From positions 91,214 to 155,213 of the forward strand of contig USGY01000001.1 in NCBI GenBank assembly GCA_900554365.1: a stretch of 64,000 bases of DNA, written 5' to 3'. The DNA is from an uncultured Clostridium sp. GTDB taxonomy: Bacteria; Bacillota; Clostridia; TANB77; CAG-508. Below, piece by piece: positions 21,304-31,769 of the stretch. Both the position numbers and the translations under genes were made by a program. A model generated the notes under the pieces. That model was given only the letters and a program-made list of their open reading frames with translations. It did not search any database and was not told the DNA's origin. The stretch's first letter is position 1; each line of letters starts with the position of its first letter.

Positions 21304-22236
21304 ATGAGCAAAAGAAAAAATAAAAATGTAGAAAAAATAATAGTTAGTTTCATATTTATAGGTATTGTTATTATATCTGGAATATTTGGAATAAACAATT
21401 CAAAAATCCAAAATATAGCTAACCAAATAGGTCTAGGAAATATAGCTAATACAACATCAAATAATGTAAGTGAAAATACTTCAAAAAATGGTAATTTAAC
21501 TGTATATTTTATAGATGTTGGTCAGGCAGATAGTATATTAATTTCAGAAAACAACCAAAACATGTTAATTGATGCTGGAACAAATGATGAAGGACAAAAA
21601 GTTTTGAATTTTATCAAAGAAAAAGGAATAAGTGAATTAAATTATGTAGTAGGTACACATCCACATGAAGACCATATAGGAGGATTGGATGATGTAATTA
21701 ATAGTGATCTACAAATTGATAAAGTTTTAATGCCAAAGATTCAAACAAACACCAAAACATTTGAAGATGTATTAGATGCTATTCAAAAAAAAGGTTTAAA
21801 AATAACATCACCAAAAAAGGGCGATACATATAATTTGGGAGATGCTAATTTAGAGGTTATGACTGAAAGTATAGAAAATCGTAAAAATTTAAATTTATCA
21901 TCAATAACATTACTTATGACATATGGAAATAATAAATTTTTATTTATGGGAGATGCAGAAAAAGAAAACGAGCAAACTGTTAAATGGCCTAAAGTGGATG
22001 TTTTAAAAGTAGGCCATCATGGCTCAAAAACGAGTAGTTCACAAGATTTCTTAAATCAAACAAAACCTAAATATAGTGTAATAATGGCTGGAAAAGGAAA
22101 TAGTTATGGATTACCTAAACAAGAAGTTTTAGATAGATTAAATAAAATTGAAAGTAAAATATATAGAACAGATGAAAATGGTACTATAACAGTGGTTTCA
22201 AATGGAGAACAAATATCTATAACTAACGAAAAGTAG
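21304..22236 (+). CDS. membrane-anchored ComEC/Rec2-related MBL-fold hydrolase
   Basis: N-terminal TM helix, then DVGQADS, HPHEDHIGG and GHHGS motifs. Confidence 0.75.
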   Translation: MSKRKNKNVEKIIVSFIFIGIVIISGIFGINNSKIQNIANQIGLGNIANTTSNNVSENTSKNGNLTVYFIDVGQADSILISENNQNMLIDAGTNDEGQKVLNFIKEKGISELNYVVGTHPHEDHIGGLDDVINSDLQIDKVLMPKIQTNTKTFEDVLDAIQKKGLKITSPKKGDTYNLGDANLEVMTESIENRKNLNLSSITLLMTYGNNKFLFMGDAEKENEQTVKWPKVDVLKVGHHGSKTSSSQDFLNQTKPKYSVIMAGKGNSYGLPKQEVLDRLNKIESKIYRTDENGTITVVSNGEQISITNEK

Positions 22237-22256
22237 AAATTATATTATGTAACTAC

Positions 22257-22285
22257 TTGACAGTTTACAATAATAAAGTTAAAAT
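22257..22285 (+). promoter_or_regulatory. sigma-A promoter for rny
   Basis: TTGACA - 17 nt - TAAAAT. Confidence 0.6.
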
Positions 22286-22379
22286 ATAATAGGTAGGAAA
22301 AAATATATTATTAAAAGAAATTGAGTTTTATATATTTTATTCGAACATTGAAAATTAAATAAGAAAGAGGTGTATGATT

Positions 22380-23921
22380 ATGACAATTATAATCACAATT
22401 GCCGCTGTCTTAATCTCACTTGCAATCGGTGCTATCGTAGGAATAGCATATAGAAAAAAGGTTGCAGAGTCTAAAATTCAAGGTGCAGAGAATGAAGCTA
22501 AAAGAATAGTGGAATCAGCAAAAAAAGAAGCTGAAAATTTGAAAAAAGAAGAAATTTTTAAGGCAAAAGAAGAAATTATGGCAAGCCGTAAAGATTTAGA
22601 CCAAGAGATTAGAGAAAGAAGAGGCGAAGTACAAAAACAAGAAGCAAGATTAATTCAAAAAGAGGAAAATCTAGAAAGACGTTCAGACAATTTTGAAAAA
22701 AGAGAAAAAGATTTAGAAAATGAACTTCAAAATGTTGAACAACAAAAAGAAGAAATCAACAAATTACATGATTTAGAAATGATTGAACTTCAAAAAGTTG
22801 CTGCTTTAACTAAAGAAGAAGCAAAATCTAGATTATTAAGTGAAATGGATAAAGAATTAACAGCTGAAAAAGCAGCATTAATTAGAGAGCATGATCAAAA
22901 AGCAAAAGAAACAATAAACAGAGATGCCAAAGAAATGTTATGTTATGCTATACAAAAATGTGCTGCAGATCATTCTCAAGAAACTACAGTATCAATTGTA
23001 GCTCTTCCAAATGATGAAATGAAAGGAAGAATTATTGGTAGAGAAGGAAGAAACATAAAAGCATTAGAAACATTAACGGGAATTGATTTAATAATAGATG
23101 ATACACCAGAAGCAGTAGTATTATCAGGATTTGATCCATTAAGAAGAGAAGTCGCAAAAATTGCTTTGGAAAAATTAATCGAAGACGGAAGAATACATCC
23201 AGCTAAGATAGAAGAAATGGTTGAAAAAGCAAAAGAAGAAGTAGAGAACACTATTAAAGAAGAAGGAGAAAGAGCTGTTCTTGAAACTGGAGTTATAGGA
23301 CTTCATCCAGAGGTAGTTAAATTATTAGGAAAATTGAAATATAGAACAAGCTATGGTCAAAATGTTCTAAATCATTCAATTGAAGTTTCTAATTTAGCAA
23401 GAATTATGGCTGAAGAATTAGGATTAGATCCTAAACTTGCAAGACGTGCTGGATTACTACATGACATTGGAAAAGCTTTAGACCATGATATGGAAGGAAC
23501 ACATGTTGAAATCGGTGTTGAAATATTAAAGAAATATAAAGAGAATCCATTAGTAATAAATGCAGTAGAAGCACATCACGGAGATGTTGAACCACAAACA
23601 TTAGAAGCTGTATTAGTACAAGCAGCTGATGCCATTTCAGCATCAAGACCTGGAGCAAGAAGAGAAACATTAGAAGCATATATAAAGAGACTACAAAATC
23701 TTGAAGAAATTGCAGATTCTTTTGAAGGAGTTGAAAAATCATTTGCTATTCAAGCTGGTCGTGAAGTTAGAATAATAGTAAAACCAGATAAAATATCAGA
23801 TGATCAAATGACTATATTAGCAAGAGATGTTGCAAAAAGAGTAGAAAATGAAATGGATTATCCAGGACAAATCAAAGTAAACATTATAAGAGAAACAAGA
23901 GTTGTAGATTATGCAAGATAA
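22380..23921 (+). CDS. rny: ribonuclease Y
   Basis: N-terminal TM helix, coiled coil, KH domain ([15 protein letters not shown]), HD domain (LLHDIGKA). Confidence 0.95.
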   Translation: MTIIITIAAVLISLAIGAIVGIAYRKKVAESKIQGAENEAKRIVESAKKEAENLKKEEIFKAKEEIMASRKDLDQEIRERRGEVQKQEARLIQKEENLERRSDNFEKREKDLENELQNVEQQKEEINKLHDLEMIELQKVAALTKEEAKSRLLSEMDKELTAEKAALIREHDQKAKETINRDAKEMLCYAIQKCAADHSQETTVSIVALPNDEMKGRIIGREGRNIKALETLTGIDLIIDDTPEAVVLSGFDPLRREVAKIALEKLIEDGRIHPAKIEEMVEKAKEEVENTIKEEGERAVLETGVIGLHPEVVKLLGKLKYRTSYGQNVLNHSIEVSNLARIMAEELGLDPKLARRAGLLHDIGKALDHDMEGTHVEIGVEILKKYKENPLVINAVEAHHGDVEPQTLEAVLVQAADAISASRPGARRETLEAYIKRLQNLEEIADSFEGVEKSFAIQAGREVRIIVKPDKISDDQMTILARDVAKRVENEMDYPGQIKVNIIRETRVVDYAR

Positions 23922-23932
23922 TAAATAATAAA

Positions 23933-23965
23933 AGAGTTATATCGTTATGATATAACTCTTTTTAT
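23933..23965 (+). terminator. rny terminator
   Basis: AGAGTTATATC / GATATAACTCT hairpin plus T-run. Confidence 0.75.
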
Positions 23966-24035
23966 TTGACACTAAAATAAATTTATAGTATTATAAAAAC
24001 AAATTGTAAAAAGAAAATAGAAAGAAGGAATCGCT

Positions 24036-24806
24036 ATGAAAATTTTAGCAGTAGGAGATTTAATTGGAAATGCTGGTGTAAGCAAATTCAAGAAAGAATT
24101 AAATAAAATAAGAGAAACAGAAAGAATAGATTTTGTAATTGTTAATGCAGAAAATGCTGGAGAAGGAATGGGAATAACTCAAAGAAATTTCAATGATTTA
24201 TTAGAAGAAAAAGTTGATGCAATCACAATGGGAAATCATACATGGGGAAAAAAAGATATATTTAAATTTATTGACCATCCTAAATTATTAAGACCAGCTA
24301 ATTATGTAAAAGGTGTTGTTGGAAAAGGATACAATATTTATCAATGCAAAGACAAAAAAATTGCAGTAATGAACTTAATAGGAAGAGTAGATATGAATGT
24401 ACTTTCTGAAAACCCTTTTGTTGTAGCTAAAGATATAATTGAAAAAATAAAAAATCAAGTTGATATTATAATAATAGATTTTCATGCTGAAGCTACAGCT
24501 GAGAAAATTGCAATGGGACATTATTTAGATGGTAAAGTTACAGCAATTTATGGAACACATACTCATGTACAAACAGCTGATGAAACAATATTAGAAAAAG
24601 GAACAGCTTACATAACAGATATAGGTATGACAGGACCAATTAATTCTGTTATAGGAATGGATGTAGGTGCATCTGTAAAAAGATTTGTTACAACATTACC
24701 TGAAAGATATAAAATGGCAACAGGTGAATGCAAATTAAACGGAATAATTTTAGATATTGATGATGAAACTAACAAAGTAAAAGAAATAAAAAGAATTAAA
24801 AGATAA
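24036..24806 (+). CDS. ymdB: YmdB-family metallophosphoesterase (2',3'-cyclic-nucleotide phosphodiesterase)
   Basis: MKILAVGDLIG, NAEN, GNHTW, GTHTHV motifs. Conserved position after rny. Confidence 0.9.
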   Translation: MKILAVGDLIGNAGVSKFKKELNKIRETERIDFVIVNAENAGEGMGITQRNFNDLLEEKVDAITMGNHTWGKKDIFKFIDHPKLLRPANYVKGVVGKGYNIYQCKDKKIAVMNLIGRVDMNVLSENPFVVAKDIIEKIKNQVDIIIIDFHAEATAEKIAMGHYLDGKVTAIYGTHTHVQTADETILEKGTAYITDIGMTGPINSVIGMDVGASVKRFVTTLPERYKMATGECKLNGIILDIDDETNKVKEIKRIKR

Positions 24807-24979
24807 TATATTGTAATAAAATAATAATTAATAAAATGTTTTGTCGAATTACTGATTTTATTGCGATGAAAAGATTGGAAAATTTTTCAAAACCTCTTTA
24901 CAACTATTTCCATATAATGTAAAATACAAACATAGAAGTTGCAACAACAAAAATAAAAATTATAGGAGGCAAAAGAAAA

Positions 24980-25243
24980 ATGGAGATTTTAAAAATTTCA
25001 TCAAAATCAAACCCAAATTCAGTAGCAGGAGCTATAGCTGGGTTAGTAAAGGAATCAAACAAAGCAGAAATGCAAGCAATTGGAGCAGGTGCTTTAAATC
25101 AAGCCGTAAAAGCGGTTGCAATAGCAAGAGGATTTGTAGCACCATCAGGAGTAGATTTGGTTTGTATACCAGCTTTTGCAGAAGTAGAAGTTGAAGGAGA
25201 AGATAGAACAGGTATAAAATTGATAGTAGAATCAAGAACTTAA
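24980..25243 (+). CDS. spoVS: stage V sporulation protein S
   Basis: 87-aa protein: MEILKISSKSNPNSVAGAIAG...GAGALNQAVKAVAIARG. Confidence 0.9.
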   Translation: MEILKISSKSNPNSVAGAIAGLVKESNKAEMQAIGAGALNQAVKAVAIARGFVAPSGVDLVCIPAFAEVEVEGEDRTGIKLIVESRT

Positions 25244-25260
25244 AGTAAAGAAAAAAATAG

Positions 25261-25292
25261 CAGGTTGTATTATAATAATACAACCTGTTTTT
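25261..25292 (+). terminator. spoVS terminator
   Basis: CAGGTTGTATT / AATACAACCTG hairpin plus T-run. Confidence 0.8.
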
Positions 25293-25366
25293 GATATAAA
25301 TTTAATATTAAAAGCTTGAAATTTTTATTAATTTAATGTATTATAGCAAAGTATAGAGGTGAATAT

Positions 25367-26953
25367 ATGAAATCAAATTGGATAAAATATGTTTTTATAA
25401 TTTTTGTTATATTAATATTAATTTTTGCAGCTTATATAATAAAAAAAGATGAAGCTGAAAAAAAGCAAGGACAACAACCAAACACAACGACACAAGAAAA
25501 TCAGGTAAAAGAAATAAAAATTGGAATTGCTGAATTGGATACAATGAATCCCATACTTAGTAAAAATAAAAATGTGCAAACAGTAACAAAACTTATTTAT
25601 GAGCCATTAGTAAATTTAACTTCAGATTATAAGGCAGAACCTTGTTTAGCTAAGGAGTGGGCTAAACAAAGCGATAATTCATATTTAATAAAATTAAGAG
25701 AAAATGTTAGATGGTCTGATGGTCAATCTTTTACAGCAGATGATGTAAAATTTACTATTGATAGATTAAAAGATTCTAATACTATTTATTCTTCAAATGT
25801 AAAAGATGTAACAAGTATAGATGTTGAAGATGATTATACTGTAAGAATAAATTTAGATAAAGAAGTTCCATTTTTTGAATATAATTTAACATTTCCAATA
25901 TTATCATCTAATTATTATCAAGGAGAAGATTTTGCAACAACAGACAAAAATAATTCTCCAGTTGGAACCGGAAAATTTAAGATTACAGATGTTCAAGAAT
26001 CATATATAACATTATCTAAAAATACTAACTGGTGGAATAAAGAAAAAACAGAAAATCTTGAAAAAATAACTGTAAATCTATATTCTTCAGTTGGAGAGCT
26101 ATATAATAGTTTTAAAATTGGAAACTTAGATGTTATAGCAACTGATAATGATAATGTACAAAGCTATATTGGTACAATTGGATATACTCCTAAAGAGATA
26201 AAAGGACGTGAATATACATTTTTAGCATTAAATACTGCTAATGAGCTTTTAAATAAACAAGAAGTAAGAAAAGCCTTAGCATATTCAATAGATAAAGAAA
26301 GTATTACATCAAATATTTTAAATGGAAAAGCATATGCAACAAGTTTTCCATTAGATTATGGAAATTGGCTATATCAAGAACAAGATTCAAGCAGTGGATT
26401 TAATCAAGAACAAACAAAACAGGTATTAGTTGATAATGGTTGGGCATATAGAAGTGGAACTTGGCAAAAAACAGAAAATAAGAAGTTCCAAAGAATAGAA
26501 TTAAAATTATTAGTAAAATCTTCAAATCCAACTCAAGTTGCTGTAGCACAAAATATTAAAGAACAATTAGCAAGTCAAGGAATAATAATTAATATTGTAC
26601 AGGCTGCAGATGCACAATATAATAATATGATTAATTCTAAAAGTTATGATATTGCATTATGTAATATGACAATATCACCTAGTCCAAACTTAGAGTTGTT
26701 CTTTGGAGATAATAATTTATCAAATTATAGAAACGAAGAAGTATCTAATATTATTAATGAAGTAAAAAATACAACAGATGAAAATACTTTAAAAGAAAAA
26801 TATAAGAGATTAATTGAAATATATAAATCAGATATACCTTATATAGGCTTGTATAATAATAAATATACAGTTGCATATAATTCTGAATTAGTAGGAGATC
26901 TTACACCAAGCTGGTTTAGCCCTTTCTATGGAATTGAAGTATGGTATAAATAA
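25367..26953 (+). CDS. ABC-transporter substrate-binding protein, family 5 (peptide/nickel type), no adjacent permease genes
   Basis: N-terminal membrane anchor and SBP_bac_5-like layout (PILSKNKNVQTVTKLIYEPLV, WSDGQSFTADDV). Confidence 0.7.
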   Translation: MKSNWIKYVFIIFVILILIFAAYIIKKDEAEKKQGQQPNTTTQENQVKEIKIGIAELDTMNPILSKNKNVQTVTKLIYEPLVNLTSDYKAEPCLAKEWAKQSDNSYLIKLRENVRWSDGQSFTADDVKFTIDRLKDSNTIYSSNVKDVTSIDVEDDYTVRINLDKEVPFFEYNLTFPILSSNYYQGEDFATTDKNNSPVGTGKFKITDVQESYITLSKNTNWWNKEKTENLEKITVNLYSSVGELYNSFKIGNLDVIATDNDNVQSYIGTIGYTPKEIKGREYTFLALNTANELLNKQEVRKALAYSIDKESITSNILNGKAYATSFPLDYGNWLYQEQDSSSGFNQEQTKQVLVDNGWAYRSGTWQKTENKKFQRIELKLLVKSSNPTQVAVAQNIKEQLASQGIIINIVQAADAQYNNMINSKSYDIALCNMTISPSPNLELFFGDNNLSNYRNEEVSNIINEVKNTTDENTLKEKYKRLIEIYKSDIPYIGLYNNKYTVAYNSELVGDLTPSWFSPFYGIEVWYK

Positions 26954-26971
26954 TAATTTTTCTAAAAAGTA

Positions 26972-26999
26972 TTGACAAAACAAATATTTGATATATAAT
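26972..26999 (+). promoter_or_regulatory. sigma-A promoter for recA
   Basis: TTGACA - 16 nt - TATAAT. Confidence 0.6.
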
Positions 27000-27042
27000 G
27001 ATAAATATCAAACAAAAGTTCAATTAATTTAAGGAGGATTTT

Positions 27043-28086
27043 ATGGAAGAAAACGCAGAAAAAAGAAAAGCATTAGATGCTGCAATGAGCCAAATAGAAA
27101 AACAATTTGGAAAAGGCTCAGTAATGAAATTAGGCGAATTTAAAGCTATGGAAATAGAAGCAATACCAACTGGAGCATTAAGCTTAGACATCGCATTAGG
27201 AATAGGCGGAGTTCCAAGAGGTAGAATTATAGAAATATTTGGACCTGAATCATCAGGAAAAACAACATTAGCATTACATGTTATTGCAGAAGCTCAAAAA
27301 ATGGGTGGAGAAGCAGCTTTTATAGATGCAGAACACGCATTAGATCCTGTATATGCTAAAAAATTAGGAGTAGATATTGATGATTTAATAGTTTCTCAAC
27401 CAGACACAGGTGAACAAGCATTAGAAATTACAGAAAGTTTAATAAGAAGTGGAGCTTTAGATGTTATCGTTGTTGACTCTGTAGCTGCACTTGTTCCAAA
27501 AGCTGAAATAGATGGAGACATGGGTGATTCACATATGGGATTACAAGCAAGACTTATGTCTCAAGCATTAAGAAAATTAGCAGGAGCAATAAATAAAACA
27601 AAAACAGTATTAATATTTATAAATCAATTAAGAGAAAAAATAGGAGTAATGTTTGGAAATCCAGAAACAACAACAGGTGGTAGAGCATTAAAATTCTATG
27701 CATCAGTAAGAATGGATATTAGAAAAATAGAAAATATAAAACAAGATGGTGAAGTAAAAGGAAATAGAGTACGTGTAAAAGTTATAAAAAATAAAGTTGC
27801 TCCACCATTTAGAGAGGCAGAATTTGATATAGTATATGGACAAGGTATATCTAAAGAAGGAAACATTCTAGATATGGCTGTAAATTTAGACATTGTAGAA
27901 AAAGCTGGTTCATGGTTTAGCTATAATGGAGAAAGAATTGGTCAAGGAAGAGAAAATGTAAAGAAATATTTAAGAGAAAATCCAGAAATGCTAGATGAAA
28001 TAGAAGAAAAAGTAAGAGATAATTTTGCCAAAGCTTTTGAACAAAGTTTAGGAGAAGATTTACCTAGTAAAGAGGAAGATGATTAA
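27043..28086 (+). CDS. recA: recombinase RecA
   Basis: GPESSGKTT Walker [22 protein letters not shown]. Confidence 0.98.
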   Translation: MEENAEKRKALDAAMSQIEKQFGKGSVMKLGEFKAMEIEAIPTGALSLDIALGIGGVPRGRIIEIFGPESSGKTTLALHVIAEAQKMGGEAAFIDAEHALDPVYAKKLGVDIDDLIVSQPDTGEQALEITESLIRSGALDVIVVDSVAALVPKAEIDGDMGDSHMGLQARLMSQALRKLAGAINKTKTVLIFINQLREKIGVMFGNPETTTGGRALKFYASVRMDIRKIENIKQDGEVKGNRVRVKVIKNKVAPPFREAEFDIVYGQGISKEGNILDMAVNLDIVEKAGSWFSYNGERIGQGRENVKKYLRENPEMLDEIEEKVRDNFAKAFEQSLGEDLPSKEEDD

Positions 28087-28107
28087 TAATTATTAAAATA
28101 TAAAAAA

Positions 28108-28148
28108 AGAAAATACACTTATATATATTTAAGTGTATTTTCTTTTTA
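28108..28148. terminator. recA terminator (bidirectional hairpin)
   Basis: AGAAAATACACTT / AAGTGTATTTTCT hairpin with flanking A- and T-runs. Confidence 0.75.
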
Positions 28149-28343
28149 TATAGATTTATTAGAATCTAATTCTTCAATTTTATTTGTTGGCATATCAATT
28201 CACTCCTTTCTTTAAACTCAATAAAATTAATTATAGCATCTTTAAAAATTTCATGTAATACTTTTTTTGAAAAAATTAAAAAATTTTTTCTTGAAATTTT
28301 TAGCGACTTATAGTAAAATTTATAAAAAAGAAGAAGGGATATA

Positions 28344-28787
28344 ATGTATACATTAGAAGAGTTTGATAGAGAAAAAACGAAAGTTTTAAGATATATATTG
28401 TATAAAAAAAGAAGCGAACATGAGGTAAGAACTAAATTTCAAAAGTCAATAGAAGAAAATTTGTTAGAAGATATTATAGAATATTTAAAAGAAGCAAAAT
28501 ACATAGATGATAAAGAATACATAAGAAAAACTGTTAATAATTTTATGATATTAAAAAATTTATCAATAAGAGAAATAAAATATAAATTATTAGCTAAAGG
28601 TTTAAAAAAGGATGATATAGAAGATTATATTTATGAGAATAAAGATGAATTAGAAAATTTTGAAATGAAATCTGCACAAAATATAATTTATAAAAAAGCA
28701 ACATCACTTGACGAAAATGAAATAAAACAATTTTTATTAAAAAAGGGGTATAAGTCAGAAAACATAAATAAAGCATTTGAAGATTAA
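28344..28787 (+). CDS. recX: RecX-family regulator
   Basis: 147-aa three-repeat helical protein downstream of recA. Identified by position and size; motifs are weak. Confidence 0.6.
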   Translation: MYTLEEFDREKTKVLRYILYKKRSEHEVRTKFQKSIEENLLEDIIEYLKEAKYIDDKEYIRKTVNNFMILKNLSIREIKYKLLAKGLKKDDIEDYIYENKDELENFEMKSAQNIIYKKATSLDENEIKQFLLKKGYKSENINKAFED

Positions 28788-28799
28788 AAGGAGAAATAT

Positions 28800-29552
28800 A
28801 TGGCAATTTTAACATTAGAAACAAAAAAATATGCGATAAAAACAGAAAAATTTGAAGGACCTTTAGATTTATTATGTCATTTAATTGATAAAAACAAAAT
28901 GGATATTTATGATATAAATTTAAGTGAAATAACAGATCAATATATAAGCTATTTAAAAGAACAAGAAAAACTAAACTTGGAAATAGCTAGTGAGTTTTTA
29001 GTTATGGCATCAACTTTGCTATATTTAAAATCAAAAAAACTACTTCCAAAGCAAGAAGAGGAAGAAGAGGAAATAACAGAAGAAGAATTAATTAAAAGAA
29101 TCATAGAATATAAGAAATTCAAGGAGATAAGCAAAAAGTTAAAAGAAAATTATACATCTTTTTCAAAAAGATATTTTAAGAATCAAGAAAATATAAAGCT
29201 ACCAAAACAAAAAATCGAAAAAAATTATAATAAAAATGCAATACCAGATATCTATCAAAAAATCTGGAATAAAAATAAAGAAAAAATTAATTTAAATGCT
29301 AAAAATATTGAAAAAATAGCAATAACAGATAATTATACAGTAGCAAGCAAAGTTAAAGAAATGTTTAGAGTTTTAGTAAAACAAAAAAGATTTGTTTTTA
29401 ATAGACTATTTTCTTTAAAGCAACATAATAAACAAGAAGTAGTAACAGCATTTTCAGGATTATTAGAATTATCAAGAAGAAATAAAGTTTTAACAAAACA
29501 AGATGAGTTATTTGGAGATATAGAGGTAGAAAAAGCTAAAAAAACTTCATAA
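28800..29552 (+). CDS. scpA: segregation and condensation protein A (kleisin)
   Basis: FEGPLDLLCHLIDKNKMDIYDI and ASEFLVMASTLLYLKSKKLLP. Confidence 0.85.
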   Translation: MAILTLETKKYAIKTEKFEGPLDLLCHLIDKNKMDIYDINLSEITDQYISYLKEQEKLNLEIASEFLVMASTLLYLKSKKLLPKQEEEEEEITEEELIKRIIEYKKFKEISKKLKENYTSFSKRYFKNQENIKLPKQKIEKNYNKNAIPDIYQKIWNKNKEKINLNAKNIEKIAITDNYTVASKVKEMFRVLVKQKRFVFNRLFSLKQHNKQEVVTAFSGLLELSRRNKVLTKQDELFGDIEVEKAKKTS

Positions 29553-29564
29553 TATTAGAATAAA

Positions 29565-30257
29565 ATGATTAAAAATACTAAAGTTGGAAAAACTAATATA
29601 AAACCTTTGAAGGAAGGTGAGATATTGGTTTTTCTTTTTTTTATACCAATTATGTTTTTGTTAATAATTATGCTTGCATTTTCAAAAATAAAAATTTGTA
29701 TTGATGATTATAGATATATATCAACATTGCCTAAATTAAAGAAAACAGAATATAAAATAACGGTGTGCTTATATGTATTAAAAATAATACCTGTATTAAA
29801 AATAAAAATAAATAAAAATAAATTTAAAAAGATAAGAGAAAAACTAAAAGAAAAGTTTAGAAATATAGATTTATTAGATATTGAAAAAGAAAAAGAAATA
29901 AATAAAAAAATATTAAAAGCAACTAAAGTTTTAAATATAAACATTGATAAATTTAATTTAAAAGTAGAATTAGGAACAGAAAATGTAATATTTTCATCAA
30001 TAATTATACCAATTGTTGGAACTTTAGTAGCATGGTTTTTGCAAAGAGAAAACGTTAGTTATAATAAGCAAACATTTGATATTAAGCCAATATATTATAA
30101 TCAAAATTTATTGAATATATTGTTTTCAGGTATATTTGAAATAAAAATGATACATATTATAAATATAATATATATCTTAACAAAAAAAGAAGGAGTGAAA
30201 AAATATGAGCGAACAACAACATCCAATAGAAGGACTTATGGTTACAGCCATGAATAG
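29565..30257 (+). CDS. DUF2953/YtfI-like membrane protein
   Basis: TM segments and a K-rich sequence, immediately upstream of and overlapping ytfJ. Confidence 0.45.
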   Translation: MIKNTKVGKTNIKPLKEGEILVFLFFIPIMFLLIIMLAFSKIKICIDDYRYISTLPKLKKTEYKITVCLYVLKIIPVLKIKINKNKFKKIREKLKEKFRNIDLLDIEKEKEINKKILKATKVLNINIDKFNLKVELGTENVIFSSIIIPIVGTLVAWFLQRENVSYNKQTFDIKPIYYNQNLLNILFSGIFEIKMIHIINIIYILTKKEGVKKYERTTTSNRRTYGYSHE

Positions 30258-30801
30258 CATTCAAGATATGATTGATGTAAATACAATAATTGGAGAGCCT
30301 ATTGAAACATCGAATAATATTGTGATTATTCCAATATCAAAAGTTTCTTTTGGGTTTGCAGCAGGTGGAAGTGAGTTTAAAGGAGAGACAGTTGATGAAT
30401 ATACTAAAAGAGATAAAGAAGAGGCAATTCAATATAGACTACCATTCGGAGGTGGTTCAGGAGCAGGCGTTACTATAAATCCAATAGCCTTTTTAGTTAT
30501 TCAACCAAATAACGTAAAATTGATGCCAGTAAATCATACATCTTCACTAGATAAATTACTTGATTATATGCCAGATTTAATGGAAAAAGCAAATAATATG
30601 ATGAATCGATGTGTACAGACAAAAAAAGAACAAACACAGAAAATAATAAAAGAAATACAAAAAAATAGACATGATACTACTAAAAATGATAATAAAGATA
30701 AAGAGAAAGAAAAAGAACAGATTTCAAAACATAAAGAAGAAGATATAAAACCAAATGAAACATATGAATTTGAATATGATGACACTTTAGAAGATGAATA
30801 A
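30205..30801 (+). CDS. ytfJ: sporulation protein YtfJ/GerW family, with long K/E/D-rich C-terminal tail
   Basis: IIGEPIETSNNIVIIPISKVSFGFAAGGSEF and PFGGGSGAGVTINPIAFLVI. Confidence 0.8.
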   Translation: MSEQQHPIEGLMVTAMNSIQDMIDVNTIIGEPIETSNNIVIIPISKVSFGFAAGGSEFKGETVDEYTKRDKEEAIQYRLPFGGGSGAGVTINPIAFLVIQPNNVKLMPVNHTSSLDKLLDYMPDLMEKANNMMNRCVQTKKEQTQKIIKEIQKNRHDTTKNDNKDKEKEKEQISKHKEEDIKPNETYEFEYDDTLEDE

Positions 30802-30807
30802 AAAATA

Positions 30808-30837
30808 AGAAGCGGATAAAACCCGCTTCTATTTTTA
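30808..30837. terminator. bidirectional terminator (ytfJ / carboxypeptidase fragment)
   Basis: AGAAGCGG / CCGCTTCT hairpin plus T-run. Confidence 0.7.
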
Positions 30838-30846
30838 TAATAAGTA

Positions 30847-31640
30847 TTATCTTAATAATCCTACCCATGAATAATAAATCTGTTTAGTAATAGTAAATAA
30901 ATTAGTTTTTTCTATAGAATCTTTAGCAACAATATCAACGTTTCCTAATGTTTCACCATTAGAAGAAAAAGAAATTTCACCCAGTTTTTGACCAGCAACA
31001 ATAGGCGCAGATATGCTATCTGGTAATGAAACATTTTGTTCAATATTTTGATCTTTACCTTTTTCAATTAAAGTGCCACAATCATCATTTAATACCGCAT
31101 CTAATTTGTTTTGTGTACCTTTATTAACATCAATAGTTTTTATAACATCATTTTTCTTGCCAAATTCTTTAAATGAAAAATTATTAAAACCATAATCTAA
31201 AAGTTTTTGAGCTTCACTAAATCTGACTTTTGTAGAAGGAGCTTTCATAATAACAGCTATTAAAGATAAATTATCTCTTGTAGCACTTGCTGATAAGTTA
31301 TATAAAGCCAAGCCTGTTGAACCTGTTTTTAAACCAGTAGCACCTTTATAATATTTAATTAGCTTATTGGTATTTGATAATTGAGATTTTCCACCACGTA
31401 AAGTATCCATCCAAATTGTAGTGTATTTAGTTACATTAGGGTGCTTAGATAATAATTCTCTAGACATTAAAGAAATATCATAACTTGATGTAACATGCCC
31501 ATCTTCATCTAAACCATGACAATTTTTAAATGTAGTATCATTCATGCCTAATTCTTTAGCTTTGTCATTCATCATTTGAACAAAAGCTTCTTCTGAACCA
31601 GCAATGTATTCGGCCATTGCAACTACACAATCATAGACTG
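30847..31640 (-). pseudogene. serine-type D-Ala-D-Ala carboxypeptidase (PBP5/DacB/DacF family), 5'-truncated by the mobile element
   Basis: The C-terminal two thirds are present, including the KTG box (GLKTGST) and AMAEYIAGSEEAFV. The SxxK and SxN boxes are missing. Homology stops near 31630-31640, and the first ~22 residues of the track ORF (MFIINFFLFFNTFHLCLNC...) are non-homologous read-in. Confidence 0.8.
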
Positions 31641-31769
31641 TACAATTTAAGCACAAGTGAAAAGTATTGAAAAATAAGAAAAAATTGATTATAAACACCT
31701 ATAAAAAACTGCTAATATTTAGTGGTTTTTTTATTTTTGTTAAAAAGATTGAAAAAGAGGTGAATAAAA

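Noticed and set aside
27001-27030. LexA (Cheo-type GAAC-N4-GTTC) box in the recA promoter
   Set aside because: Only a degenerate half-match (AAACAAAAGTTC) is present, not enough to call.
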